A DNA stretch of 64,000 nucleotides from an uncultured Rickettsiales bacterium (GCA_964484565.1 CAZAGG010000004.1:73246-137245); one strand, 5' to 3'. Positions 25,950-36,285 are shown, counted from the first letter of the stretch. Translations and numbers: made by a program. The notes: a model not told the origin generated them from the sequence alone.

Positions 25950-25953
25950 ATTA

Positions 25954-26454
25954 TCAGACCTTTGCACTTGCAACTCTTTCAAGCTCTTTTTTAACACTTG
26001 GTGAAACGAATGGAGAAACATCTCCACCGAGTCTTGCAATTTGCCTAATAAACCTTGAGGAAATAAACTGTGTGGTATCAGATGCGGGGAGGAATATAGT
26101 TTCAATATCCGATGCCAGTTTATGGTTTAAACAGGCCATTTGTACTTCATACTCAAAATCAGAAACAGCTCTAAGCCCTCTGATTATCACAGATGCGCCA
26201 ATACTTCTTACATAATCCACTAAAAGACCTGTAAATCCGTGAACTTCGCATCTCGCCGAATCAGATGCTGGCATTGATTCTATATCAGCACTGGCAAGGC
26301 TGATTCGTTCATCAAATGAGAAAAGGGTGGACTTTGCAGTATCCTGAGCAACCCCAATAACGAGCTTATCACATATCCTCAGTGCTCTTCTGACTATATC
26401 CATATGACCAAACGTAATGGGATCAAACGTACCAGGATAAACTGCAACTATCAT
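25954..26454 (-). CDS. coaD: phosphopantetheine adenylyltransferase
   Basis: Has AVYPGTFDPITFGHMDI (the T/HxGH nucleotidyltransferase motif). 166 aa. Confidence 0.94.
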   Translation of the reverse strand: MIVAVYPGTFDPITFGHMDIVRRALRICDKLVIGVAQDTAKSTLFSFDERISLASADIESMPASDSARCEVHGFTGLLVDYVRSIGASVIIRGLRAVSDFEYEVQMACLNHKLASDIETIFLPASDTTQFISSRFIRQIARLGGDVSPFVSPSVKKELERVASAKV

Positions 26455-26463
26455 ATTTCCAAT

Positions 26464-28053
26464 CTATTCCTGAGAGAAAACCAATTCATGTGGAGTTGAA
26501 TTTTCAGAGAAAAATCCTTTAATAACAATACGGTGATTCATTCCATTTGAGTTTTTAATACCGATAACCATATCGTTTTGCTCATCGCCTTCTTTTCTGA
26601 AAGAGAGGCTTGAATACTCAAGACCAACAAAATCAATAACCTTAAACTCTTTGCCTGAGTTTTGATATTCAGATCTTAGAGGAACTGTATTTGACATAAC
26701 TTCATTCTCCTTTATTTGGGTAACGCTTTTTTGATTATTTGCATGATTATCTTCTTCAAACTTATTTTCTGCATTGCTGATTTGCACTTCAGAATTTTCT
26801 TCGAGAGCAAAATCCATCACTTCAGAAACCTCATTATTAGATTCGAATTCATGTTCTTTTTCTAAAATTTGTAATTGAGTATCATCATCTTCCATAGCTG
26901 ATGCAACCTGTTTTATAGCCTCAGATTCATCGACCGACTCAACACCTTGTTCTTCAATCACTATATCTTCTTTATCATCTTTATCTTCACTGATTGATTC
27001 AACTTCCTCATCTTCTAATAAAACAAGTTCTTCTTGCGTTTCATCTTCAGGAATTTCTTCTGCGAGCGATGCGACTTTATTTTCCAATTCGATTATTTCA
27101 GCTTCAGATTTGCCATCAGCAATACTTAAATCATCACCTTCTTCTAATTCAGAATCACCAGATAAATCATCGAATAGAGAGAATGTATTCGCTTTTTGCT
27201 GCGGAATTTGCAGCGAATTTTCAACCATAATTATTGCATTTGGATGATATAAACTGCGCTTTCCGCCTGCGGTTGCAATATCCATCCACCCACATTTACC
27301 ATCTTCATTATATTCTATTGATATTTTGTTTGAGCCATCTTCTAGGTATTCTACAACACCTGAAGTAGTGCCCCTAACCGATATTTTCGCACTGTTTGTA
27401 TGGAAAAAGAACCTGTCATTCTTGCCAGTAGCAACCTTACCAGATGCAAATGCCATTTTGCCCGATAGCAAAGAAAAACTGGCGTATCCCTCAGCATCTT
27501 TAATCGGAGGAATAAAATCGCTAATCATCAATTTTGCTTTTGAGTCAAGAACAATAACCGTTCCATCATTAAGCTCAATTTCTACGCTGCCATCGCTTTC
27601 AAGGGATATAATATCACAAACCTGAATGTTACAAACTCCATCAGAAGGCTTTTCTGAGCCATTGAAGCGATTAATCATTATTTTAGCAGTTGTATTTTTT
27701 ATCTCACCAATAACTGGTAACTTCCTGTTATTAATGAAATCATCACTTAAAAATGGACGGCTTGAATATGTAAGCGTTAATATCGCATCTGAGCTTACAT
27801 ATTTTCCAGATTCAGATAACAATGAAGGTGGCTTTGCCTGCGAGAAATATCTGATAAGCATTACTTCGTTATCATCTGGCAGAGTGATTATTAAGTCATT
27901 GCCCTGCTTAGAAAAACGTGCTCTGAATATTTCATCACCACATTGGATTTTAATTAAACCATTATGTGCGGACGATGCGTTTACAACAGCCGACTTTGAT
28001 ATTATTGGCTTAGCGGATTCTGCAACTGATGGCACTTCTGTTCCTCCCGACAT
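26464..28053 (-). CDS. FecR-domain protein flanked by two haemolysin-type-calcium-binding-related (HCBP_related-like) modules, with a long acidic region
   Basis: The N-terminal module is RFSKQGNDLIITLPDDNEVMLIRYFS. The C-terminal module is FRKEGDEQNDMVIGIKNSNGMNHRIVIKGFFS. Both fit the GNDLvI....vtI.n.F pattern. The central region DGSVEIELNDGTVIVLDSKAKLMISDF...ISVRGTTSGV is FecR-like. Roughly aa 290-430 is very D/E-rich. No N-terminal signal peptide is evident. Confidence 0.6.
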   Translation of the reverse strand: MSGGTEVPSVAESAKPIISKSAVVNASSAHNGLIKIQCGDEIFRARFSKQGNDLIITLPDDNEVMLIRYFSQAKPPSLLSESGKYVSSDAILTLTYSSRPFLSDDFINNRKLPVIGEIKNTTAKIMINRFNGSEKPSDGVCNIQVCDIISLESDGSVEIELNDGTVIVLDSKAKLMISDFIPPIKDAEGYASFSLLSGKMAFASGKVATGKNDRFFFHTNSAKISVRGTTSGVVEYLEDGSNKISIEYNEDGKCGWMDIATAGGKRSLYHPNAIIMVENSLQIPQQKANTFSLFDDLSGDSELEEGDDLSIADGKSEAEIIELENKVASLAEEIPEDETQEELVLLEDEEVESISEDKDDKEDIVIEEQGVESVDESEAIKQVASAMEDDDTQLQILEKEHEFESNNEVSEVMDFALEENSEVQISNAENKFEEDNHANNQKSVTQIKENEVMSNTVPLRSEYQNSGKEFKVIDFVGLEYSSLSFRKEGDEQNDMVIGIKNSNGMNHRIVIKGFFSENSTPHELVFSQE

Positions 28054-28058
28054 TTCAG

Positions 28059-28562
28059 TTACATAGCTTTAACAAATTCGAGAACTTGCTGTGCATGGCC
28101 ATCAACCTTCACTTTATTCCATATTTTGGCAATTTTACCTTGCTCATCAATCACGAATGTAGCTCGCTCTATGCCCATGTATTTCTTGCCATACATGCTT
28201 TTTTCGACCCAAACTCCATATTTTTCACAAACATCAGAGTTCTCATCAGAGATTAGTTTAAACGCCAAAGAATATTTATTTTTGAATTTCACATGTTTTT
28301 CAACGCTATCTTTTGAAACACCAATTACGGTTACTGATTCTTTTTCAAAATCAGGAATCATGCATGAAAAGTCTTTTGCTTCAACCGTGCAACCTGTTGT
28401 GTCATCTTTGGGATAGAAATATAGAACAATTTTTTTGCCCTTAATATCTGCAAGAGATACAGATTCGCCCGAATCCAGAACGCTTTTAAAGTCGGGGGCT
28501 ATATCACCCTCTTTTAACTCCTTATAACTTTCCTGAGATTTAACAGCAGAATTCGCCGTCAT
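28059..28562 (-). CDS. bcp: thiol peroxidase Bcp (peroxiredoxin Q type)
   Basis: Has GDIAPDF..GKKIVLYFYPKDDTTGCTVEA with the peroxidatic Cys context. Confidence 0.92.
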   Translation of the reverse strand: MTANSAVKSQESYKELKEGDIAPDFKSVLDSGESVSLADIKGKKIVLYFYPKDDTTGCTVEAKDFSCMIPDFEKESVTVIGVSKDSVEKHVKFKNKYSLAFKLISDENSDVCEKYGVWVEKSMYGKKYMGIERATFVIDEQGKIAKIWNKVKVDGHAQQVLEFVKAM

Positions 28563-28621
28563 TGATTTTTACTCCCCCAATTTTTTAGATAGTTTAGTCA
28601 CGAGAGCCGCAAATAGACTAT

Positions 28622-31564
28622 CTAGTATTCTTCTAATTTTTCTTTATATAATTTATAAACCGAATCTGAGGTTTGTCTAAGTTTTTCTTCCATTTCTTTA
28701 TAACCTGACAACCTCAAATACCCTGCAAGCATTTCTCTGAGCCGCTCTGGAGTATTTTCATCATTCACTTTATTATTGCATAGAAGCCATGCGTATTGTT
28801 GATAATTCAGGTATAGAGTCAATGCTTCACTAAGAATAACATATTCATGAATATCTATAATTACATGTTTCTTAAGAGAATTTAGTGCTTCCAGCGAATT
28901 TTGGGTAATAACATCTGTGTGAATGTGGGCATTTTGAACCTGAAGATATTGAATTAATATCTCAAGATCCATTAACCCTCCCCTAGCATGTTTGATATCA
29001 AAAATGTTATTAGGGTTATATTGCTCGGCAATCTTTTTCCTAATATCCACAACTTTTCTGGCGAAATCATCGTAAGACTTTGCAGCAAATGATAAAATGT
29101 TGCTTTTCATTATTTCATTTACCTTTGCTACCATTGCAAAAGAGCCATAAACAACTCTTGCACGAATGAGCGATAAAAATTCTATACGCCAAGCTGAATG
29201 CCTATAATATTCGTCGAATCCCTCAATATTTATAGCTATTGGCCCATTTACACCGTGAGGTCTTAGACGTGTATCAACCTCATAAAGCCTGCCTTCATCT
29301 GAGATGGTTGTTATTGCGCTGATAAGTCTTTGCGAAAATCTGATGTAATAAACATTCGGCAAAAACGACTTAGAGCCATTTGATCTTTCATCTTCATCTG
29401 CCGCATCATAGAGGAAAACAATATCTAAATCTGAATTTAACCCCAGACTTTTGCTTCCGAATTTACCAAATGCAAGAATGGCAAACTCGTTTTTTGCAAA
29501 CTTCCCATACTCTTTTTCAAATTGTTGCTTTGCTATATCGGTAATTTGAGTCAGAGATATTTGTGCAAGATCAGACAAGAAAGCCCCCACCACATCAACA
29601 GTTGTTATATTTTTTAGAAGTTGAACCCCTGCTTGAAACTGTCTTTCATGAACGAACCTTCTTATAACTTCATATTTCTCATCAAAATCATCCACATTTT
29701 TTAAAGCCTCATTAACCTCATAATGCAAATCATCTGCTGAAGGCAATCCTTTAAAGAAATTTGGATACAACAATGCGTCAAGCAATGTTGGTTTTCGGCT
29801 TAACATCTCGGAAAGATAGAGCGAAGTTCCCATAATCTCAGCTATTAAGGAAATCAAGTTCGGTGTTGCCTGAAAAAGAGAGAACAACTGAGCACTTGCA
29901 GGAAGCCTTGACAAAAACTCATCAAATTTTCTGAAGGCATAGTCTGGCGAAGGAGTTTTGGCAAAAGCATTCAAAATTGCAGGGGTTAGCTCAGTTATAA
30001 GCTCTCTTGCCCTTTTTGTTCTTGTTGCTCTTCTGCTGCCATGATGCCAAGCTCTGATTGAGTTTGAAATCATTTCTGCATTTAAAAAGCCCATAGCGGC
30101 AATTGTTGCTATAGTTGATGGATCATTCTCAACTCCTGTAAAAACCAGAGTATTTCCAGAAAAACCTAGTGAAGGCGTATCTTTATATAAATTTCCATAA
30201 ATCTCATTCACGCCAAAAGATATGCTAAATAGTTCTTTTTCAAAACTTTCAACAGATTCATAACCCATGAAAAAAGCAAGCCGCTTTATCTCATCTTCAT
30301 TATCTGGAATTGTATGCGTTTGCTCATCTCTAAGCATTTGCAACCTATGCTCTACCTTACGGTGATAATAATATGACTTTATAAGAAAATTGGCATCAGC
30401 TTCAGATATATGATGATTATTTACTAACTCCATCAGAGCATCGCAGGTTGCTCTAGCTCTAAGATTAGGTTGCTTGCCACCCCAAATAAGCTGCTGAGTT
30501 TGTGCGAAGAATTCTATCTCACGAATCCCACCCTTACCCAGCTTAACATTATAATCAGCAAGTTTGTCGCTATCACTATCTAACCGTCTATCCATCTGGC
30601 GTTTAATAGATTGAATGTCGCGCACAGCATTAAAATCTAGGCTTTTTCTCCAAATAAAAGGAGTTATATATTTAATGAAGTTATCGGCTGCTATAATATC
30701 TCCACCTATGGGACGTGCTTTGATTAAAGCTACTCTTTCCCAGTTTTGCCCAACAGTTTCGTAGTAAGTAATTGCGCCATTAACCGATATCGCAACAGGA
30801 GTAGATGCAGGATCTGGCCTTAGACGCAAGTCGGTTCTAAAGACGTATCCTTCAGCCGTTCTTTCTTGTAAAATGGTTACTATCTCTTGCACCAGCTTCA
30901 CAAAAAAGCGTTGTGGATTTATATTTTCACTAAGTTTAGAACGCTCTCTATCATAAAATATAATTAAATCGACATCGCTAGAATAGTTAAGTTCTGCACC
31001 ACCTAATTTACCCATGCCCAATATTATTAAACCTGAAGATACGGCTGGGTTTTTAATGTCTTCAATTTCTATCTGGCCTGATTTATAAGCTCGATAAAGA
31101 CAGTTTTCTGCGGCTTTTGAAATTGCAACTTCCGCAAAATAGCTTAACTCGGCTGTAACCCTCGTAACATCCCATATCTCACTTATGTCACAAAGAGCAA
31201 TTAAAAGAGCTATTCTGCTTTTAGCTATTCTTAAAAGACGCATTATTTGCTCAAGACTTAGCTCTTCACTGCCTGCAAGTTCAAACATAGATTCGCGCAT
31301 TGGCTTCTCTGCACCATACTCACAGAAATCAGAGAATATCGAGAAATTTTTAATGACTAAGTCTGTCAAAAATGGACTTGAACCAAAAATAGAATCTAGC
31401 AACTTTCTTGCATTATTATTACTGCTAACAAATTCATACTGAGAGTGTCTAATATCATTTGAATCAAGCTCTGAGATTGACTCTTTTAATCTTTCATAAC
31501 CCTTTTCTACATCATCTAGGAATGCAGGTTTAATAAAACAGTCAACAGAATCTATGAATGGCAT
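28622..31564 (-). CDS. glnE: bifunctional glutamine synthetase adenylyltransferase / adenylyl-removing enzyme
   Basis: 980 aa with two nucleotidyltransferase cores: GMGKLGGAELNYSSDVDLIIFY and AFGKFGSKSLGLNSDLDIVFLY. Confidence 0.92.
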   Translation of the reverse strand: MPFIDSVDCFIKPAFLDDVEKGYERLKESISELDSNDIRHSQYEFVSSNNNARKLLDSIFGSSPFLTDLVIKNFSIFSDFCEYGAEKPMRESMFELAGSEELSLEQIMRLLRIAKSRIALLIALCDISEIWDVTRVTAELSYFAEVAISKAAENCLYRAYKSGQIEIEDIKNPAVSSGLIILGMGKLGGAELNYSSDVDLIIFYDRERSKLSENINPQRFFVKLVQEIVTILQERTAEGYVFRTDLRLRPDPASTPVAISVNGAITYYETVGQNWERVALIKARPIGGDIIAADNFIKYITPFIWRKSLDFNAVRDIQSIKRQMDRRLDSDSDKLADYNVKLGKGGIREIEFFAQTQQLIWGGKQPNLRARATCDALMELVNNHHISEADANFLIKSYYYHRKVEHRLQMLRDEQTHTIPDNEDEIKRLAFFMGYESVESFEKELFSISFGVNEIYGNLYKDTPSLGFSGNTLVFTGVENDPSTIATIAAMGFLNAEMISNSIRAWHHGSRRATRTKRARELITELTPAILNAFAKTPSPDYAFRKFDEFLSRLPASAQLFSLFQATPNLISLIAEIMGTSLYLSEMLSRKPTLLDALLYPNFFKGLPSADDLHYEVNEALKNVDDFDEKYEVIRRFVHERQFQAGVQLLKNITTVDVVGAFLSDLAQISLTQITDIAKQQFEKEYGKFAKNEFAILAFGKFGSKSLGLNSDLDIVFLYDAADEDERSNGSKSFLPNVYYIRFSQRLISAITTISDEGRLYEVDTRLRPHGVNGPIAINIEGFDEYYRHSAWRIEFLSLIRARVVYGSFAMVAKVNEIMKSNILSFAAKSYDDFARKVVDIRKKIAEQYNPNNIFDIKHARGGLMDLEILIQYLQVQNAHIHTDVITQNSLEALNSLKKHVIIDIHEYVILSEALTLYLNYQQYAWLLCNNKVNDENTPERLREMLAGYLRLSGYKEMEEKLRQTSDSVYKLYKEKLEEY

Positions 31565-31636
31565 TTGCTATCTTTAGGTTTACAGTCTTTAATCAGGTTA
31601 TATATTATAGCTAATCTTTCAAACCACTTCTAAGCT

Positions 31637-34600
31637 ATGAAAATAACCAAGACAAGATTTATTAAAGCTATTCTGATTTTTACCCTGCTATCGCCTGTAT
31701 TTGCCGCAATTGCTGGTTATTTGTGGATTGCTGCAGGAGAGCGCAACATCAATTTCGCCCTGCCTTATATAAGCAAATTAGCTTCAAACAACCTTGAAAA
31801 TATTTCTGTAAGTGCAAGTGATGCAAAAGTGAGGCTATCCGATAGCGGAGACTCTTTAGTTATAAAAATTGACGCCCTTGAGATCGATAATTCGATAACA
31901 AAAAACAGAATTGCAACAATTTCAACAATGCTTCTTGAATATGGATTTAGCAATAAAAACGGACTGCAAAAACTATCTGCTAAAAATGCAATTATTAAAA
32001 CTGAACATATTCCAACAATAGAAAGTTCAGAAGAAATCTCTATTCAAGAAGTGATAACCAGCCTCTTTTCTGGCCAAGTATTTGGCTCAACTGTTACGAT
32101 GAATCTTGAAAATATAATTGCTTACAATAAGTTATCCACAATCTCGATACCCCGCTTTGTTAGTGAACGTGACAGAAATGAAATCACGGGTGAAGGAATC
32201 TTAAACATTGATTCTTATGGCAAAAATTCATCCGTAAGGGTAAGCCTTGCATCAAATATTGCAACCACTGACTATGCAATAGGTATTAATATAAACAATC
32301 TAATGCCAGCTGCATTATCTGAGTTTGCAAAAGAAGCTCGTGGCTATTTCATCCCCTTTGATGGACAGGTCAAAATCACAGGAAAGCTAGGAAAAGATAT
32401 AAATGATGTAGATTTTATTCTTAATTCATCTGAGGGGGTAATATCTTCAGAACATTTCTCTGAAACAACTTATATTGAATCTTCATATGTCGAAGGTAAG
32501 GCTTTATCTGGCGGAACCAAGATATTCATTAATAAGCTCGCGATTGGCTTAGAAGATAATGCTAAAATCGAAGCCTCTGGCTCAATTTTGAATGATAATC
32601 AAATTATTGATATTGATGCCAATGCAAAAATTTCTAATTTACCCACTAATAACTTGGCGATGTATTGGCCTGCGAAGCTAGTTCCTTTAACTCGTAAATG
32701 GGTTACAACCAATATAACTGAAGGCGAAGTTAAAACTGCAACTGCAAGAATAAAAACTGGTAGGCTCGATAAGCAAACAATAAAGAAAAGTGGTTTACCA
32801 GATTCATCATTAAAAGCTGAAATCAATGTTTCTGGAGCAACAGTTCACTATTATGAAGACTTGCCTAATGTAAAAGATGTGTCTGGCGTTGTTAGCTTTA
32901 CAGGAAATTCAATGAAAATTGATGTCATCAGCGGCCTGATGTATGACGCTACTAAAGTAAAGGGCGGGTTTTTAGAAATACCAGACCTGCATAGCATTTC
33001 GCAGATTATGACTATAGACCTAAATGCAACCAGCAACATGCGCGAAGTTGCACAATATCTTTCAACAGAACCTATAGGACTAAAGAAAACGCTTAATCTT
33101 CAACCATCTGAAACCGAAGGAGATGCTGAACTAAACATCAAACTATCTTTTCCACTTAGCGAAAAAGAACATGGATTTAACTACACAATCTCAGCGAATG
33201 TTAAAAATGCAATCATTCCAAAAGTTTTATCATCATACGATATTACCAATTCAGATATAATTATTACCGTTGATAATAAGCTCCTTACAATTGAGGGAGA
33301 TGTTGTTTTAAACACCATACCACTTCGCATAAAACTCGAAGCAACCGACTATCAAAATAAGGATTCCATTAACGTTAAACATACCGCTATTGGCATGGCT
33401 GATGCGTCAAGTTTAGCTAAATTGGGTGCTCCATCATTTGAATGGCTGCGAGGTAAAGTAGGATTTGAGTCTTCAACTAATGAGGATAATAAAAATAGCA
33501 AAACCAGCCTAAAACTTGACTTAACAAATAGCGAGATTACACTAGACAGCATTGGTTTTATTAAGCCTTCTGGCAAAAAAGCTAATCTCTCAATGACACT
33601 TTATAAAAACGATAACGAAACAGTTATTGAAGATATGCTGGTAGAAGGCGATGATATTTCAATCAAGGGTAATGCGAAAGTAGATAACAAAACCAATCAA
33701 CTAAAAATTCTTACTATTACTAAAGCAGATTACGGCGTTAATGATTTTGCATTTGTAATGATGCCTGATGATAACACGGCGGGCGCAAAGAAGGTTAGTT
33801 TAACCGCCAATACTTTAGACTTTACACCATACCTCAAAACAATTCATGGAGATGGTAAAGATAAAGATGAAGATAAAGACCCAATTCAAATATCAGGAAC
33901 CGTTAAAACCCTAATCTCTTCAGATAATAGTTATATGGAAGATGTAAAGCTCGATATTTCATGCGGCAGAAAGATATGTGACAAAATCTTGATTCAGTCT
34001 TCGAAAGATAGAGTTCTCATAAATCCAGTTTCAAATCAAGAAAGACAGCTATCTATCAAATCATCTGATGCTGGTAACTTTATGAAGTTCATGGGCTTTT
34101 ATGACAACCTAAAGTCTGGCGAATTAACCATAGATGGCAAAATGGATGCAAAAGACAGGGTGGAAGGAAAATTAATAATTAGAGATTTCAGAGTTGTTAA
34201 AGCACCGATTCTTGCCAAACTAATTTCTCTTGCCTCAATTACTGGAATACTCGACGGTCTAAACTCAACAGGAATTAGCTTCACTAGGCTCGATGCACCC
34301 TTTAGCATTGATGAGAATGGCAAAATAACAATATCTGATATGAAATGCGCTGGAAATTCAGTAGGGTTAACCGCAAAAGGCACCATAGACAAAAACAAAG
34401 ACAAAATCGACATTGGTGGAACTCTAATCCCGTTATATGCCCTTAATACTATGGTTGGCAAAACTCCAATCATTGGTGAATTATTGTCAGGCGGCGAAGG
34501 AGGCGGAGTTTTCGCAACCAACTTCAGCATGAGGGGAAGCTATGAAGATCCTACAATTTTAGTAAATCCACTCTCCACACTTACACCGGGTTTCTTAAGA

Positions 34601-34654
34601 GGTATATTTGGCATATTTTCACCACAAAATAACTCGGGAGAACAAGCAAATTGA
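31637..34654 (+). CDS. AsmA/YhdP-like large envelope protein (DUF3971 / AsmA_2-like C-terminus)
   Basis: 1005 aa. It has an N-terminal anchor (AILIFTLLSPVFAAIAGYLWIAA), a long beta-rich body, and a C-terminus typical of the AsmA-like family (GTIDKNKDKIDIGGTLIPLYALNTMVGKTPIIGELL..RGSYEDPTILVNPLS). Confidence 0.75.
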   Translation: MKITKTRFIKAILIFTLLSPVFAAIAGYLWIAAGERNINFALPYISKLASNNLENISVSASDAKVRLSDSGDSLVIKIDALEIDNSITKNRIATISTMLLEYGFSNKNGLQKLSAKNAIIKTEHIPTIESSEEISIQEVITSLFSGQVFGSTVTMNLENIIAYNKLSTISIPRFVSERDRNEITGEGILNIDSYGKNSSVRVSLASNIATTDYAIGININNLMPAALSEFAKEARGYFIPFDGQVKITGKLGKDINDVDFILNSSEGVISSEHFSETTYIESSYVEGKALSGGTKIFINKLAIGLEDNAKIEASGSILNDNQIIDIDANAKISNLPTNNLAMYWPAKLVPLTRKWVTTNITEGEVKTATARIKTGRLDKQTIKKSGLPDSSLKAEINVSGATVHYYEDLPNVKDVSGVVSFTGNSMKIDVISGLMYDATKVKGGFLEIPDLHSISQIMTIDLNATSNMREVAQYLSTEPIGLKKTLNLQPSETEGDAELNIKLSFPLSEKEHGFNYTISANVKNAIIPKVLSSYDITNSDIIITVDNKLLTIEGDVVLNTIPLRIKLEATDYQNKDSINVKHTAIGMADASSLAKLGAPSFEWLRGKVGFESSTNEDNKNSKTSLKLDLTNSEITLDSIGFIKPSGKKANLSMTLYKNDNETVIEDMLVEGDDISIKGNAKVDNKTNQLKILTITKADYGVNDFAFVMMPDDNTAGAKKVSLTANTLDFTPYLKTIHGDGKDKDEDKDPIQISGTVKTLISSDNSYMEDVKLDISCGRKICDKILIQSSKDRVLINPVSNQERQLSIKSSDAGNFMKFMGFYDNLKSGELTIDGKMDAKDRVEGKLIIRDFRVVKAPILAKLISLASITGILDGLNSTGISFTRLDAPFSIDENGKITISDMKCAGNSVGLTAKGTIDKNKDKIDIGGTLIPLYALNTMVGKTPIIGELLSGGEGGGVFATNFSMRGSYEDPTILVNPLSTLTPGFLRGIFGIFSPQNNSGEQAN

Positions 34655-34655
34655 G

Positions 34656-34782
34656 TATAGTATTTCTATTTTTATCTGATAGCGTCGTATTTCATCGATC
34701 TCACCGTGCTCACGTATTATTCATACGCTCCGCGCGCTTCGCCTCGAAATACTTGCTCTCAAATAAAACTAGAAACACTATA
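34656..34782. repeat. MITE-like palindromic repeat, family A, copy 2
   Basis: Alignable over its whole length with 6449-6570. It begins 2 nt after the stop codon of the AsmA-like gene. The terminal inverted repeats are tatagtatttctatttttat and ataaaactagaaacactata. Confidence 0.85.
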
Positions 34783-34808
34783 ATTCAAAAAGCGGAGCAA
34801 CAAGCAAA

Positions 34809-34846
34809 AAGGATAATAAAAACGCTCCTCCTTTATTGGGGAGCGC
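34809..34846. repeat. family-B repeat end fragment (terminal hairpin module)
   Basis: aaggataataaaaacgctcctcctttattggggagcgc closely matches the left end of the 10994-11210 element (aaggatagaatacgctcctcctttatgggggagcc). The hairpin GCTCCTCC/GGGGAGC ends 7 nt before the M48 peptidase ATG, and its GGGGAG is in SD position. Confidence 0.75.
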
Positions 34847-34850
34847 ATCA

Positions 34851-36221
34851 ATGATTAACTTCTTATCTAGATCTGGATCTGGGGTTATTATAACTTTGCT
34901 GCTTTCTATGTGCATTATTTTAAAACCTGTTGATGCCTTTGCAAGATCCTTCAATTTCATAAGAGACGCTGAAATTGAGGAAACGATTCATAAAATTGCA
35001 GATCCAATATTTGAAGCGGCTCTTCTGCCCAGAGATTCAGTGAGAATATTGATAGTCAACGATGATTCAATCAACGCATTCGTCGCAGGTGGCAGTAATA
35101 TTTTCATCAACACAGGATTACTTCTAGAAAGCAATGATCCTCTTGTTTTGGCGGGTGTTTTAGCTCACGAAACTGGCCATATAACTGGCGGTCATCTTGC
35201 AAAAGGTGCAGAGCAATTAAACAATCTAGGAATTCAATCAATAATTGCAACAGTTCTAACCGCCGCAGCGGCTGCTGGCGGTCAGGGCGCAGCCGCAGGT
35301 GCGATTGCAAGTGCTGGCAGGCAAATTGCCGAAAGAAACTTCTTATCATTTTCAAGAACCCAAGAAGAATCGGCTGATCAAGCTGGGCTTTCATATCTTA
35401 AAGCTGCAAATATTCCAGCTGATGGACTGCTAAAGTTATTAGAAACATTGAGACGTCAAGAAACAATGGCGTTTGGCAGCCAAACTGAATATATGCGAAC
35501 TCACCCGCTTTCCCGCGATAGAATTTCACATATCAGAGAGTTTATAGAAAGCGAAAATATTAAAGGCAAACTCCCAAAAGAAAAGGAAATTGCCTATCTC
35601 AGACTTGTGGCAAAACTACGAGGCTTCTTGCATAACCCCCAAAAAACACGAATCTTTTATGAAGGAAAAAACTCTGATGATGCAATTCTCGCAAGAAGTA
35701 TAGTCGCATTTAAAACTTCACAGCTTGAAGAGGCTTTAAGAAATATAGATTACCTAATCAATAAAAACCCAAAAGATGCTTATTATCATGAGTTAAAAGG
35801 CCAATTCCTATTCGAAAACGGTAAAATCGAAGATTCAATTATAAGTTATTTCAAAGCTCACTCTCTAAAACCTGAAGAGCCTCTTATCAGTATTGGCTAC
35901 GCAGCTTCCTTAATAGCTTCCGACAAACGAGAACGACTTGATAAAGCCATAAAATTACTTAAAGATGCCTCATTGGAAGAACCTCGCAATCCAACAATCT
36001 TTGACTTGCTTGCTAAAGCTAATATGAAGCTGGGAAATAAAAATGAATCCAACCTGAATCTAGCAGAAAAGCTACTAATTACAGGTAAATATGAAGAGGC
36101 AATTAGAGTTTCTTCTCTTATAACAAGAGTCGCTGAAAAAAGTTCTGCAATTTATTTAAAAGCTGAAGAAATTAACAGCGAAGCCAAAAGACTGAAAAAA
36201 CGTAAGGATGACAGCAAATAG
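34851..36221 (+). CDS. M48-family metallopeptidase with C-terminal TPR region (BepA-like), secreted
   Basis: Has the signal peptide MINFLSRSGSGVIITLLLSMCIILKPVDAFA and the zinc motif HETGHITGGH, with TPR-like helices in the C-terminal half. ATG 34851 is preferred over TTG 34836, which lies inside the repeat hairpin. Confidence 0.85.
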   Translation: MINFLSRSGSGVIITLLLSMCIILKPVDAFARSFNFIRDAEIEETIHKIADPIFEAALLPRDSVRILIVNDDSINAFVAGGSNIFINTGLLLESNDPLVLAGVLAHETGHITGGHLAKGAEQLNNLGIQSIIATVLTAAAAAGGQGAAAGAIASAGRQIAERNFLSFSRTQEESADQAGLSYLKAANIPADGLLKLLETLRRQETMAFGSQTEYMRTHPLSRDRISHIREFIESENIKGKLPKEKEIAYLRLVAKLRGFLHNPQKTRIFYEGKNSDDAILARSIVAFKTSQLEEALRNIDYLINKNPKDAYYHELKGQFLFENGKIEDSIISYFKAHSLKPEEPLISIGYAASLIASDKRERLDKAIKLLKDASLEEPRNPTIFDLLAKANMKLGNKNESNLNLAEKLLITGKYEEAIRVSSLITRVAEKSSAIYLKAEEINSEAKRLKKRKDDSK

Positions 36222-36285
36222 CGTTTTACTTAACACGCATTTTATGCAAATCTATCACCTAAATAAAACAATCTAAAGGGTTAAC

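Noticed and set aside
25950-26105. N-terminal 52-aa extension of era in the ORF track (start at 26105).
   Set aside because: It would overlap the coaD coding region by about 150 nt and add a non-conserved extension before the G1 motif. The GTG at 25949, 4 nt after the coaD stop, gives a canonical Era N-terminus (MQKCSFVAVIGAPNAGKST).
27626-28066. Long antisense ORFs inside large genes, for example 27626-28066 (+), 34099-34530 (-), 55222-55662 (+), 40766-41116 (+), 17342-17719 (+) and 1362-1925 (+).
   Set aside because: All lie fully within and opposite to genes that have strong family motifs. Their translations are low-complexity (S/L/I/F-rich), as is typical of the antisense frame in AT-rich coding DNA. 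No independent evidence supports them.
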